Below are positions 13,690 through 27,707 of a stretch of 64,000 nucleotides of DNA, piece by piece. The notes beneath the pieces were generated by a model that worked only from the letters and a program-made list of their open reading frames with translations, was not told the origin of the DNA and made no database searches. Origin of the DNA: Geosiphon pyriformis uo1. Taxonomy: Eukaryota > Fungi > Glomeromycota. The translations under genes and the position numbers were made by a program. Every line of letters starts with the position of its first letter. Position 1 is the first letter of the stretch. The stretch is from positions 261,696 to 325,695 of the forward strand of contig JAAOMT010000602.1 of the NCBI GenBank assembly GCA_016748015.1, in the 5' to 3' direction.

Positions 13690-16600
13690 AAGTTTTTCAA
13701 CAGATTTCACATTTATTTTTCGAGCTTCATTTAGAAAAAATCTTCACAATTATTAAGGAAACTGTCTATAAAGAGCGGATACAAACGGTGGAAAATTTAG
13801 CTGTACTTGGGACTTTTTTACTTTTGAGGTTGATATCGGTAGATCCATACTCAGAGTGGCTCTTTTCTTTTGATTGGTAGAGAGATTTAAGGTCATTTCC
13901 TTACATTAGATTAAATATCGCATCAATCAAGACAGTTTGATATAAAAGAAAGTCTTTCATTGTTGGTATTTTTTCGACGAGAGATTTCGGAAAGAGTTGC
14001 CCCATATTTTCATGGCTTCAATATTTTTAAATTCAACAGTGATTTGATTCCAAATTTTCAAAACAACAATTTGTTGTTAGTTACCAGGTGGCAAACAAAA
14101 ATACAATTCATCCAAAAAATAGAGCATAAAAATTTAAGAATTATTTGTCAATGCATTTTTAAATCATGAGATATTTTGAAAGTATATAAAATTTCAAATT
14201 TTCAATTTATTGTTTTAGTTACAAAAACCTGCAATTTTTACAGCAGATGATATAAAATTTTCTAAAAATCTTTTCATTAATAAAATCTTAACAAAAAAAC
14301 TAATTAAAATTATAGTTGCTAATCTTTTCATAAAATCTAAAAGTAGAAACATAATATAAGTATTATAATTTTATGGTTTAATTGGTGCTCTTAAAAATTT
14401 TATAAATGTATCAAATTAAATTTACTGCTTATTTATTAAAATAAATTACAAAAGCAAGTTTTTTATTTTCTAATTAGGTGTTTTTTTACAGCTTTAAAAG
14501 ATATTACTTATAGTTAATAAAAAAATAAATAATCAAATTAAAAATCAAGTTAATAATTAAATTATTGATCAGGTTGATAATCAAATCAATTATTAATGCT
14601 AAAAATAGAATTCCTAAAATATATACATTTTTAATATAATTGAAAAAAATTAAAGTACAAAAGAAAATTTATTTCAAATATTCAACTAGAACACTATTAA
14701 TATTAAAATACTGTATTTAAATAGTATTTGCTGAAATATTCTAAATTTTTTTATTATAATATTAATTAGAGATTAAATTTATTTATTATGTAAAGTGCGA
14801 AAGTTTGAGCGGGTCTAATTCAGTTGCAAAAAATTTCTTTTAGATTAAAGCCTTGATTTATATTCTAATTTCAAAATGCTTTTCTACAATAAATTCTATA
14901 TCTATAATATTATTAGAACTTAGACTATTTCAGTCATAACAATTAGAAAGCGAAAAATTGTCCACATCTTTTTTTTTATTTTGCTAAGAAATCAAATTTC
15001 TTTGATAAATTGCTTAATTTTAAGTGTTTATTATAGTCTTTGGAATGAACTTCCAATATTTTGAAACCAATTCTGGTTTAAATAGTTTGGTTTTCCTTTT
15101 TCATATGGCTAATGAATATGTTTTATCAACCTTGGCATTTTTAAAATTTTTAATATATTTCAACTGTTTGGTAACGGTTTATTTAAAGCTAGATCCGGAA
15201 TTGCATTTATTTCAGATGTTTTTTAGCTTATTTTTTAATGAAAATTATTTTACGAAAATTAATACAACATACCTTTGAAGGCCTCCAAGACTTCAAATTA
15301 CTATTGTTGCTAACATCATTTTTTTAATTTCGAATTCGAAGTTTCCACCTTAAAAATTGGCACATCGTAAGCATAAATTTGCAGTCAACATTTATCCTAA
15401 TCTACAGGTTCAGCATCTCCAGATTTTGCCTTTCAGAGAATAAAACAATAAATCAAATTAAACAGAAATTTTTAATATTATTACAGTAATATCGAAACTA
15501 TGAATCCAGAAAGGTTAATTTTGAAAACTCTAAATAAAACTCTTTATATATTTTGTTGCACTTTTAATCCTTACTTTTGTGAAATTTTATGAAAAATTAT
15601 GCTCTTTTCTTAAAAATAAATTTATGATACAAGAAATGAATAAAATATTTAATTGTTTAGCATTTCAGTTTTAAAATTATTCAAAGATTTTACTTTTTTC
15701 TATTTCAAATTCAACAATAGAAGTTTATAAAAGAATAATTTCATTTCGAGTTTTTGAAAAAAACTTTTTAATGTTTAACAATTATTTGAATAATAATAAT
15801 AATAATAAGTATTTTGAAAATAATTTTAACTTTTAATTACAATTAATAATATTAATTGGCATAATAATTACTTAATTATTATATAATTGCTTTTTATTAC
15901 TTTAATAATTTTAATTGTTTTTACAAATTTTTGTTGCATAAATAATTTAATCATTATACTTACAATTTATCAAAAAAAATTTTTGGGTATTTTGAAAAAC
16001 TCATATGCTAATGATTATTTCAAATGCTTTCGAAATTTTATAATTATATAAGTCCGTAAAAAAAAATTAATAAATCACTCTGCTGTTTAAAAAAAGAACA
16101 AATTCTTAAGACTATTTTTTATATAAAAACTTAAAATTAATAATGCAATGAAAATAATTTTATAATAACTTTAATAATACAATACTTTGAATTCTTTTAT
16201 TATAAGCTCATGGAAAGTATCAAAACATGAAACATTTGAATTCAGATTTTTTGTTAAAATAATTTATTGGATTTAATTTTTAAAGGTCATAAATGTGCGA
16301 CATGTTTTTTTATAAGACTATAAAAAGTTTTACTTTAATCTTATAATAATATTTTATTTCATTAATAAAATTTTACAATCTGAAATTTTGATGGTACTCA
16401 AGTTCGAAGAACAATCCTTACTATACTTAGCAATTCTCATTTATAGGCCTTGTGTGACAATTGTGGTATCCCAGTTGCGCCCATCTAGTTTTAGGGGATA
16501 CGCAAATTCTATAAACAAATAAATAAAGTGTCATCACAAACTCCTTTCCCCTCCACTTTTTTTCTCATGATTGTTAAAGCTGGCCATTACGAAATATTTG

Positions 16601-16753
16601 GTTTTAACATTTTTTAAATTTATCTCATGAATTCTGAGGTTTAATTAGGCCAGCTTGTTATATTATTCTTTTACCCCTTGTTAAGAATCCCGAGATAAAT
16701 TATTCGTGGAACAAAATTATAGGCAAAAAAGATTTTTAAGTTTTCCTGAGAAA

Positions 16754-19700
16754 ATGAGGACATTATTATTACATTTTGGGAAACGACCTTATGATAGATT
16801 CGTTGCTTTAGAATTATTTTTCTTGATAATATATTTGACGATATTTTTACCAAATGTAAATCAGGCAGCTCCACAAACCAATATTCTGTATAGAGAAGAA
16901 GAAGAGGGTCTAGTCATATGGAATGTAGAATCATATATGACTGGGGATGCATTATTACGTTTGGTAAAATTTACTTCTCCCCTTCCTACCACCAATAACA
17001 ATGGGTCAGAACAATGCGTCGACAATACGATTCGATTACGTTTAGTTCGCCTTGATTCCACAGTGAAAAAAATTAATTTCGTCTACCCAGGCATAACGAA
17101 TATTAATTTTTGCCAAGATTTAATCAAAATACATCCATTGATGGAAGGGTTTATTTTATTGACTTTTTTCAAAGAGTATCAGGAAACTGGACCAAACAGC
17201 CACTTAAAGAGTATTTATCACCAGAATGGACTAGTCATGGATTGGAATGAGAAAATTATAGCGTAAATTTCTTTACTCTTCGTTTGAATAACCTTTGAAT
17301 TTAGATTTAATAACTATAATTTGATTTTTTGCAGCGAAATTCAATTTGGAAATGTAACGGCTGACACGTTTGGAAAGATTAAGAATGGAGTAGTTGCAGT
17401 AAATATTAATCCGGAGAGTGGCTTTCTTTTTGCGAATTATTACAGTAATACGAATGTACTTAATTGGGCTCAATTCAATTCACCGTGAGTTTAAAATTTT
17501 TGCCAATTTACTTTGAAGGTTCTTAAAATTATTTAGGCTAAAATTGAAATAATCATTTTAGGGAAAAAAATTTTCAGCAGATCTCGGCCTCAAATATTCC
17601 AGTACCATGGAATAATACTGACGTTGAGGTTTTTCCCACTGCTGATGGAGGGTTAGTGTATGATTATTATTATTGCTTTAACCTTGCGAAGTGAATTTCA
17701 AATATTTCAAATATTTAAGGTATGGATTCTTGGTAACTGGAGTAGATCCAATTATAGATCAAATGACAAATTCTACCCAAACGCAATTGGTGTCACAATG
17801 GCGTTCAAAAGCATATTTTCTCAATCCTCACACCTACAATATATCAAATGACGGCATTTCCGTTTATGACTTAAAAACACCAGCCTATAACATGTACGCA
17901 AAGAATTGTGAAATAATGGACGACGGCACTGGATTCAAATGCATTCTTTTCATCAGCACTAATCCAAATTCAGCATCTACTTCCTATGTCCAAACTTTAT
18001 TCATGTCTAATGGGGAAGTGCTTGACGCTAAACCATTAAATATTAGAAGTGATATTGATATAGATTGGGTGAAACCTTTATCTTCTGGTTTAATATTTCT
18101 TGCTGGGTTTATGAAAGGAACCAAAAATATAATTGGACAGATTTACTCGGAAAATGGAGATTTCAACAGTACCTCGAATTACAATGTGTCACTAAATAAA
18201 GGAAATTTAGCAACAGGCATTTTTCCAAACGAAACTGCTTTTGTATTTGTACCTTTAGAGAAAGATTCCAAAACGTGGTCAATGAACATGGTGGATCTGG
18301 TGGGAAATTCTAGAACAAGTGAGGATTTTCTTGTTGAAAAATCTCGCCGAAAGAATTTGGTTAACTTATATTTTATTCTTTTTAATTAGGTAATAGTTTT
18401 ATAAATCAAAATATTTTAGAATCCTCTCCGGCTAAAGATGAATCGGCCGTGGAACTCCAGCGTGAAGAGATTTCAATAACTTTCAAAAATCCGGTTCAAT
18501 TATCGACGGCAAATGTTACAATTTATCAAATTACTAGTGAAAACTCTCCTGTTTTCAAACAAACCTTTTCAGCAAATTCTAGTTATGTGAACCTTACAAA
18601 CGGTGATACGGCACTAGTCATCAGGGTTCTTAAAAGCACCTTTAATACTCCAGGGGGAAAATACAGTGTTGTAGTTGATAATAACTTTATTAAAAGCCGA
18701 GATCACAATGTCTCATTGGTTGGTGTATCTGATTGGACCTTTACCACAGCAGCCAATCTTGAACAGCAAAATTCACGTATGAAAATCGAATTTCTTAGGA
18801 ATTTGTCACCTTCAGCTAACCTATATTCCTATTATTAGAAAGCCAAAATGGTCTTGTTCGTCTCACCGAGGACGGTACAAGCTACTTAAAATCTTTATCA
18901 GCGACGGGTCGTAAAGATTTTTTCGTCCAAATTGCTACGAAACTCCGAGAAATTCTTCCCATTAGCGAAGACAGTATTTTATCGTCAGGAAACAGTCAAT
19001 TCGATTCAACTACAGGCCGATTACTTATTATGTACCAAGTTTATACCTCTCCAGATCTACAATCCTATAGTGTACCACGCATTATTGACGACTTGGATTT
19101 AATGATAAGAAATAAAGCAATTAGCGCCATTTCGTACAACAACATTACAGACAATCTCGATGAAAATTTTGGATTCCAAAAACCCCGTTAGTTTTTTCAA
19201 AGGAAAATTTATATCTGTACCAATAATTTTGATTTTAACTTGACTCTTTCACAAAACTTGTTCGCTCCTTTTAGCTTCATTATGGGAACAAAATAAAATA
19301 ACCTTGCTCTTAATTAGTGGTGGCCTCGTTTTCCTTCTCACACTAACTCTATTGATACACTTCAGATCCCCAAAGGTAAGTGTTCCCTTTTTTAAATTGA
19401 AAAACTATCAATTTATATTCATTTTTCTTCTGAAACATTAAAATTTTAGGGGAACGCCTATTTTGTTTTCAAAGTCGTCCTTTATGCTTTGACCATTTTA
19501 ATGAACTTTTGGTTCGTTTTTGAACATGGACAAGATATTTTGTTTTTGTTTTTGCCAAGGTTTGTCAATTATTTCTTCTGGGATAAAATAATATATATAT
19601 TTTTTATTAACATAGAAATATATTTTATTATTTTCGGAATAGTTTGGTTTTTTTATTTGTGCCAATTGGATTCAACTCGTTTTTAAGTGCATTTATTCAA

Positions 19701-20798
19701 CTTCGCGAGAGAATACGAAACAATAAATATGCCGAATGGTCGTGTAAACACCGAAATGTTGCTACCTTCTTTGGAGTATTATCTTTCATAAATGTTGATA
19801 TCTTGACAATTACACAGTCTTATATCATGAATTTAGAGACATTGAAAGCACCATTTTCTCCAGAGATGGGACAGTGGATCTTTTACTCCAACATTTTTAA
19901 TCTACTGATCCAGGATGTGCCGCAATTTGTGATTTTGGTATAAAGACTTTATTACATTAAATTATCTTTTCAAAACAAATTAATAAAGATTCTATTTTTT
20001 TAGGTTCTCTACCACTTAAACATTGTCCGATTGAGTCTTGTACCATTCCTTGCACTCATAGCCGTTTTTTTGATGATCCTTAACAATCTGATTTCCCGCA
20101 TTTATTATGCGTATATAATTTGCAAACATAAAACACAATACACCGTTGCCCCAGAACGCGATGATCGACCTGGAATGCAATTAGATCCTTATTCCCACCC
20201 GTTACAAGTTCATCCCTCAGAAATCGTTGCTGAAAAATCATCACAAGACTCCGCGTTTATCATATCTCAAGCTGGAAGCCCACGGCAATTCTCTAACACG
20301 ACAAGTCTACCAAGTTCTAATATGCATTACAAATCAATACTTAAAAGAAATGATAATCTAAATCTTGAAAAAAATTCCTGGTCATTTGAAAGTCGAAGTC
20401 TGGCACTAGATGACTTTCAAGAAGAATTAAAAGCGCCACGTGTTGAATATATCTTATCTGCGCCGGAAGTTAGTCCCACGATTGCAACACGACAACCAAC
20501 GTGGTGGGTACCGACATTTGCAAGTTCTTCTGGACTACCACCAGTCGCAGAAAATGAATTTTCTAGGATGGCACTGACTAGAGATTATCGTAATAGTGAA
20601 GAGAGTCAAACAGGAGTTCCCTTTAGAGATTTACCATTTGATGATGAAGATATTACGGTTTCTGCTACTCCGACACCTCTTGCTTCACCACGGCCAAGTT
20701 ACGATCAACGGGCTAGTTTGGAACGCCTAGAAACACTTGCAATTCCATCATCTATTAATCGACGGAAACTTTCTCCTTTGAGCATTATTTTCCCGTAA
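16754..20798 (+). CDS. Large membrane protein: N-terminal signal/anchor, long ectodomain with an Ig-like segment, about 6 TM helices, Ser/Pro-rich cytosolic tail
   Basis: The multi-exon splice joins I checked are in frame and link ORFs 16706, 17691, 18449, 19489, 19644 and 20031. Ig-like segment ISITFKNPVQLSTANVTIYQ...STFNTPGGKYSVVVDNNFIKS...WTFTT, then GLVRLTEDGT, hydrophobic helices and IQDVPQFVI. Resembles an uncharacterised family expanded in arbuscular mycorrhizal fungi (recalled, not searched). Confidence 0.8.
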
Positions 20799-21293
20799 CA
20801 GCAGAACCTTACTTGATAGCGAGAGGAATATAAGAAAAGGATACCTTATTTTGATTGAAGGTGTAAAATTTTAGTACTGTATTTTTATTGTGCTTTTATA
20901 ATGAGAATTTTTTCCACTATCTTATCCGAGTCTTCAAATACTGGGATTAATTGTGTTATATATATGCAAAATGTAAAGTAGAATAAACTTGAAAAATTGC
21001 CACACTTTAGATATCTGCTCTTTATATAAAAAATATTTATCAAACCCAAAGTATACATTAATCTGTTTCTCAAAGTTGGGAACCCAAATGTGATTATATT
21101 GTTACAAATTAATTTTTGTTTTATAAAATTAGGACGATTTTCTGAAAATCGTAAAAAATGTTAAAGATTGCAATAATACTAACAACCTTGAAATCGCACT
21201 TGGGTGGTTAACATTCTTAACAAAAGGTAATCGTCTTTATTTAATTTATTATTTAATTAAAGAGCGACCTGAAAATTCGAAATGTATACACAA

Positions 21294-21834
21294 ATGGGTT
21301 GCCAAGTAGATTTTAGTAAAAACGAATGTTATGCGGTAAAAATGCTCCAGAAAGAAGGTGTGTCCGCCGCAAAAATTTCGCGCACTATTGGACGATCCGC
21401 TACTTGTATTAAAAATGTCTTAAACGATTAGAATTAGCAAAAAATAGTAAGTTTTTAAAAAGAAATCATAGTGGTCAAAAATCTATTGTTTATAAACGTT
21501 CGGAACGTCGAATTCTCCGGAAATCAAAAAAATTCAGCCATAAGAAAGATCCCAAAGCATCTGCTTACTGCCAAAATCTCAAATTTCAATGTCCACTAGT
21601 ACCTTCATGTGGAAGATTTCGTGTATGCTTAGGATTGTGAGTCTCCACAATCGCCAGATCTTAGCCCAATAGAAAAATGTGGGAAAGTTAAAAATTGGAT
21701 TCCATTGACTTGGAGGAGGTAGTCTTTTACTGCGTGGAATGCTATTTCATTAGACAATTCTTCAATTTATTAACTCAATGCCAAAACGTGTTAAAGAAGT
21801 CATAAAAAGAAAGGGCTATGCGATCCATTGGTAG
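21294..21834 (+). mobile_element. Degenerate, internally deleted Tc1/Tc3-like (IS630-Tc1-mariner) transposase relic
   Basis: Tc3-type HTH MGCQVDFSKNECYAVKMLQKEGVSAAKISRTIGRSATCIKNVL at 21294. PQSPDLSPIE (cf. SPDLNPIE) at about 21645-21675. C-terminal NSMPKRVKEVIKRKGYAIHW*. Stops and frameshifts lie between, and the span is only about 540 nt. Confidence 0.8.
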
Positions 21835-23160
21835 ACATAATGAATTTGCGTGACCCATCTGTGAGTGTTGCCAAAATAAGAAACTTTATCAATCACCATA
21901 AGCATTATTCCTATCAAGTAATTTTTATGCAACGCATTATTTCTTATCTATATATATTTATTAATGCCTCGAATCAAATAATTTTTTTTTTCACCATTTC
22001 TTACTTTACTAAAATCCCTCAAATTGACTAATTGATGAAAATAAAATTCTGGTTCTTTCGTAATGGCTAAATCCAAAATCAGATAGTTGAAAAAGGTCAT
22101 TATAATTTATTCTGTCAACATTAACAATAATAAATGACTTCATCAATCAAATCATTACATCAAAAGAATCCGAATGTTAAACCAAAAATATAAAAATATG
22201 GCATTAAGACCATAAGTTGCTGACTGATGTATCCAGGATTTCTAACATCTATATTAGCACCCGAGGCACTTAAGTAGAGAGGGTATTCTTTATTAGTGGA
22301 AGTATATTCTGTTGGTTATATCTCAAAAAATAGCTGGAAATTTATTTTCCAACTCTTTAAATTATACTATGTGAAGTACCTGGATATTTAAATCTAAAAA
22401 TCAATAAAAGAGTATTTGTCAAGATAGATTTTTTTGAAATAAATCTCTTCAAGTTAATTCGTAACTTTTTAACAAATTTAAATAAAAAGCAAACTTATGA
22501 CCATATTAAATTAAAATCAAGATTTTACCTAAATTGTTTGATTTTGATAATACACATTGAAATTTTGATATGATGGAGAAATAAATATTATACATTTTAA
22601 TTTTATTATAATGCAAAACATTTAATCAAAACATACAATCAAGAAATTAATCAATAATGGCTAGCATATTGTAATGACATATTTATAATTTAGCTGGATC
22701 GTAACAAATACCAAAAAATTTTTTGGCTGCGACCAACTTATATATACATGGATAGCAACTGGTAACAAAGCAATTTGGAATAATGGCCCGGGATCGAAAT
22801 TTTGGTTAGAGGTTCGGAAACTGCGCTCCCAGAGATCCTTTACGGCAGCACTGAAATCCCTGGAAGCATCCGGGCCGATGGAAGGGCCGCAGATCATTAA
22901 AAAACAGACTGGTTGAAAGTTTGAGGGAAATTATTCAATAAATTCGACAATTTTTAATGCAAATAGGCATACGTGGATATAATTTGGAAAAGAATATAAA
23001 CGCGCGTTGGAGACAGCTACAATTGTTTCAAAAAAGAGAAAAAGAATTCGTGATTCTCTTTTCTCGAATTATATTTATAATTTACAATTTTTAGTTGGAA
23101 TTTTTCTTAGCTATAAAAAAAGAACATTTTTACAAATCTTGCACTTTTCAAAACATAAAA

Positions 23161-26100
23161 ATGTCTTCTTCACCGTCAGAACCAAAAGATCAACATGATA
23201 AATCGCAAAAGGACAGCGAAAAAGAAGTTGTAGGAGTTACAATGATTGAACTTTTTCGTTTTTCAAGCACTATAGATAAATGGTATATGTTGCTTGGCAC
23301 ACTTGCTGCTATGGGAAATGGGGCTGCTCTGCCAGTGATGACCATTATTTTTTCAAATATCACTCAGGCGTTTGCCAACTTTACAAATGATAAGGACGAT
23401 CCGAATTTAGACTTTGATCAAGTTAGAGATACATTGAGGGATGAAGTACGAAAGAATGTAATTGTATTTTGTACATTGGGTCTTGGTGTGTGTGTCCTAT
23501 CATATATACAAATGGCGTTTTGGATGATCGCGGGTGAGAATCAAGCAAAGGTAATTAAAACATCAATTGCAAGTTATTTTGTTGGATAAAACTCTTTTAA
23601 TCCACTGAATTTTGAATGAATATTCTCATTTCCAGCGTATCCGTAAAACCTACTATGCCGCAATTCTTCGACAAGATATTCCATGGTTCGATTCTATCTC
23701 AACTGGAGATTTAACAACGCGTATTACTGGCGACGTGACACTGCTGCAAGAAGGAATTTCGGAAAAAATTGGAGCAATTATTCAATATTTTACTACTTTC
23801 TTGACTGGATTTATTGTCGCTTTTATTAAAGGTAAATGTTTACTTGCCCATTGATCAACTTTTCCAAAGACATTAACCAACCTGCTTATACATTTTTATA
23901 GGCTGGAAACTATCTCTCGTTCTTTGTGCAGCAATCCCTTTAGTTGTCATAGCTGCAGGTGGCATGGCGAAAGCACTAAGTGCGGGTTCTCTTAAAGGAC
24001 AAGGTGCATACGCTTCTGCTGGGGCTGTTGCCGAACAAGTTTTCTCAGGAATTCGAACCGTTGCTGCGTTTGGTGGTGAACAACGTGAAATTCAGCGATA
24101 TATTCAAAAACTAAACACGGCATACCAAACTGGAAAGAAGAAGGCCTTTTTTAGTGGTGTCGGAGTTGGCCTGATTATGTTTATTCTTTATTGTACATAC
24201 GCGTTGGCGTTTTGGTATGGTAGTAAGTTAGTCGTGAGCCGAGATCAAACCCCAGGGCAGGTTTTAAATGTATTCTTCTCGATTCTGGTCGGCGGTATGT
24301 AAAAATTTGCTTATTTTATATGTTAAGCCCCACCTGTTCCTGAAATTGTATTATTAATCTAGTCTTCATCTAATATTAAGCCTTAGCACTTGGAAATGCT
24401 GCACCAAATATCTCGTCGGTTGGTAATGCTCTCGGTGCGGCAGCAAAACTCTACGATATCATCGATCGAATTCCAGCCATTGATAAAGACAATGCAAGTG
24501 GGAAAAAATTAACAAAATCAGCTGTCAAAGGGAAAATTGAATTTAAGAATATCGATTTCCATTACCCACAACGACCTGACGTTCCCATCCTCAAAAACTT
24601 TAATCTTTCCATTGAACCTGGTCAAACGGTTGCTCTGGTCGGAAGTTCTGGAAGTGGAAAATCCACGATTGTAAGCTTATTGGAGCGTTTCTATGACCCC
24701 ATCAAAGGAGGGATTTTTTTAGACGGAGAAAATATCACAGATATCAATATTAAATCATTAAGGACTCAGATTGGTCTTGTTGGGCAAGAACCAGTGTTGT
24801 TTCCTGAAACAATTGCTCAAAATATCAAATGGGGCGCCGCCCCTGATGACAAAGAATCTACAAATGACGAAATCATTGAAGCATGCAAGAAATCCAATGC
24901 ACATGAATTTATTAATGATTTGCCAGATAAATATAATTCTTTGGTCGGGGAAAAGGGTGCTCTTCTGTCCGGTGGCCAAAAACAAAGGTGACAATAAAAG
25001 ATTTTCGCAAATTTGAAAAATTTTAACCACATGTTATTCCTGAAATAAAATTATACTATTATTGTAGAATTGCGATCGCCCGTGCTCTTATTAAAAATCC
25101 GGCCATCCTTCTACTTGACGAAGCTACTTCAGCTCTTGATACCGAATCTGAAAGACTTGTTCAAGATGCCATTGATGCAGCCGCCACTAATCGAACCACC
25201 ATTGTCGTCGCACATCGTCTGTCGACCATCAAAAATGCCGATAAAATTGTCGTCATGTCCAACGGAGAAATACTTGAAATTGGTCGTCATGATGAATTAA
25301 TTGCAAAGGAAGGTATCTACTATGGCCTCGTAAAGGCACAAGAATTGAAAACCAAAGAGGATGCTGAGAAAGCAAATGAATCTGACGACGAAGATTTGAT
25401 TGAGGGTGATGATTACGCAATTACCATGGCTCAAAAGTCTAACGAAAAACATTTAAGTCGAATTGCAACCAGAGCATCCTCCATAAAATCATTCGAAATA
25501 AAGAGAAAAGAAGAAATACTTATGAAACAGAACATGCCTCTTATTAGGGTGTTCAAATTAAATATGCCAGAGTTACCTCTAATCATTGGTGGTAGTTTTG
25601 CGGCTATTGTCAACGGATCTGTGATGCCTATTTTCTCATTAATTTTGTCAACACTTTTGGATGTTTTGTCTAATACTGATCAGTAAGCTAATTATTATTT
25701 AATATATAAATTTTGTGCTTTCATTTTTATAATTTTTTATAATTTTATCTCCCACTTCTCCAGCCCCAAACAACTGCGAAAAGATGCTAACTTCTGGGCA
25801 GGAATGTTTGTCGTGCTTGCTAGTGTTTCTTTCTTTACCCAATTTGTTCAGGTGGCTTTTTTCGGATTGAGGTGAGGAAATTAGATTTTCACATCAAATA
25901 AGTTTTCGCAATTATTTAACTTTCTACAAATCATTGTGACTTTAAGTGGTGAACGCCTGACACGACGCATACGAATTCTCACATTTGCCACTTTGTTAAA
26001 GCAAGAAATGGGATTTTTCGATGACGAAGATAATGGCACTGGTGCTTTAACTTCTAAGCTTGCCAATGATGCGTCAAAAGTGGAAGGCTTAAGTGGTAGC

Positions 26101-27707
26101 TTGATGGGATCTATTGTTTCAAGCTTAAGCAGCGTCGTAGTTGGCCTGGTAAATAAATTTCAGATTTAAGATTCGAGATTCTTTTTGAATATTTTTTTCT
26201 TTATTAACTCATATTAATCTTCTAAATTCTCAGCTGATAGGTTTTATACGTGGTTGGAAAATGACTTTGGTTGTGAGTGCTGCTGCTCCTCTTCTTATAA
26301 TTTCGGGAGCCCTTCAAATGAAAGCAATTGGTGGCTATAGTGCACAGGTAAACGCGAATCATCTGTAAATGCTTATTGAGTTTTCTTAAAATTGTTTAAA
26401 AATTCAAATCACATTTATAATTTTATAGACGCGAAAGGCATATGAAGAATCGGGACGAATTGTACAACAAAGTGTATCAAATATACGAACCATTGCCGCA
26501 TTAGCACGTGAAGAAACCTTCAAAGAAATGTATGAAACCTCGATTGAAGCTCCACACAAGGTTTCTATCAAAGGTGCTGCCATATCTTCCATTGGTTTTG
26601 GTGCATCACAAGGTCTTCAATTCTTTGTTTGGGCTTTGGCCTTCTGGTATGGTGGCGAATTGGTGGGAAATCAGGAGTACAGCCAAAAACAAATGTTGAA
26701 TGTCATGTTTGCCGTCATTTTCACTTTCATGTCAATTGGTCAATTAAGGTATTCGCAGACTTGTTTTCCTAAATTAAATCTTTGATAACTGCTATGTGAC
26801 ATAAAAATTGAATTACTTCAAAATTCTTTTGTTGATCCGCAGTGCATTTGCTCCCAATACTGCAAAGGCAAAAGTGGCTGCATTATCGATCTTTGAGATT
26901 TTAGATCGTAAATCTTTGATTGATCCAACAAATAACGAAGGCAAAGTACGTCCAGCACCAGTATCTGGCAAAGCAAATGTTAAAGGTGCACATTTCAACT
27001 ACCCAGCGCGGCCACATCTACGTATTCTTCGCGGGCTTAACGTGGATATTCAACCCAACAAAACAGTTGCATTAGTCGGTGCATCCGGATCCGGAAAATC
27101 GACTATTGTCTCGCTTTTATTACGGTACTATGACCTTCTCTCAGGTCAAGTAACTGTAGAAGGAGCTGATGTCCGAGAGTGGAATATGGAATATCTTCGA
27201 TCACAAATGGCCATTGTAGGTCAAGAGCCGGTCTTATTCGATTTAACAATAGGGGAAAATATCGCATACGGGAAAGAAGGGTGTTCACAAGAGGAAATTG
27301 AAGAAGCTGCTACAAATGCTAATATCCACAGTTTTATCTCTAATCTACCGCATGGATATAATACACCAGTTGGTGAAAGAGGAACCCAGTTGAGCGGTGG
27401 TCAGAAACAACGTATTGCAATTGCTCGTGCCCTAATTCGCCACCCAAAAATTTTGTTATTGGACGAAGCAACATCCGCCCTTGATTCTGAATCTGAAAAA
27501 GTTGTACAAGATGCCCTCGATAAGGCCTCAGAAGGCCGAACCACTGTGACTATCGCACATCGATTGTCAACCATACAGAATGCCGATTTGATTTTAGTCG
27601 TGAAAAAGGGAAAAGTTGTGGAGCAAGGTAAACATTTAGAGTTGATTGAAATGAAAGGCTTATATAAAGAATTAGTGAATAAGCAGATGTTAATTAAGGA
27701 AGAGTAA
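23161..27707 (+). CDS. Full-length ABCB (MDR1/P-glycoprotein-like) ABC transporter
   Basis: TMD-NBD-TMD-NBD layout. NBD1: [17 protein letters not shown]|[27 protein letters not shown]2: [49 protein letters not shown] motifs include LRQDIPWFD and YALAFWYG. Multiple short GT-AG introns. Confidence 0.96.

Noticed and set aside
21286-21865. CACAAATGGGT / ACCCATCTGTG as terminal inverted repeats of the Tc3 relic
   Set aside because: The match is short and the left copy overlaps the transposase start codon, so it cannot be the element end.
22780-22880. tRNA-like TTCGATCCC on the minus strand
   Set aside because: No cloverleaf, D-arm or anticodon arm could be built.
24758-25300. Overlapping antisense and alternate-frame ORFs within the ABC gene (similarly within the GH16, MFS, C2H2 and 57 kb genes)
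   Set aside because: They are shadow ORFs of real coding exons.
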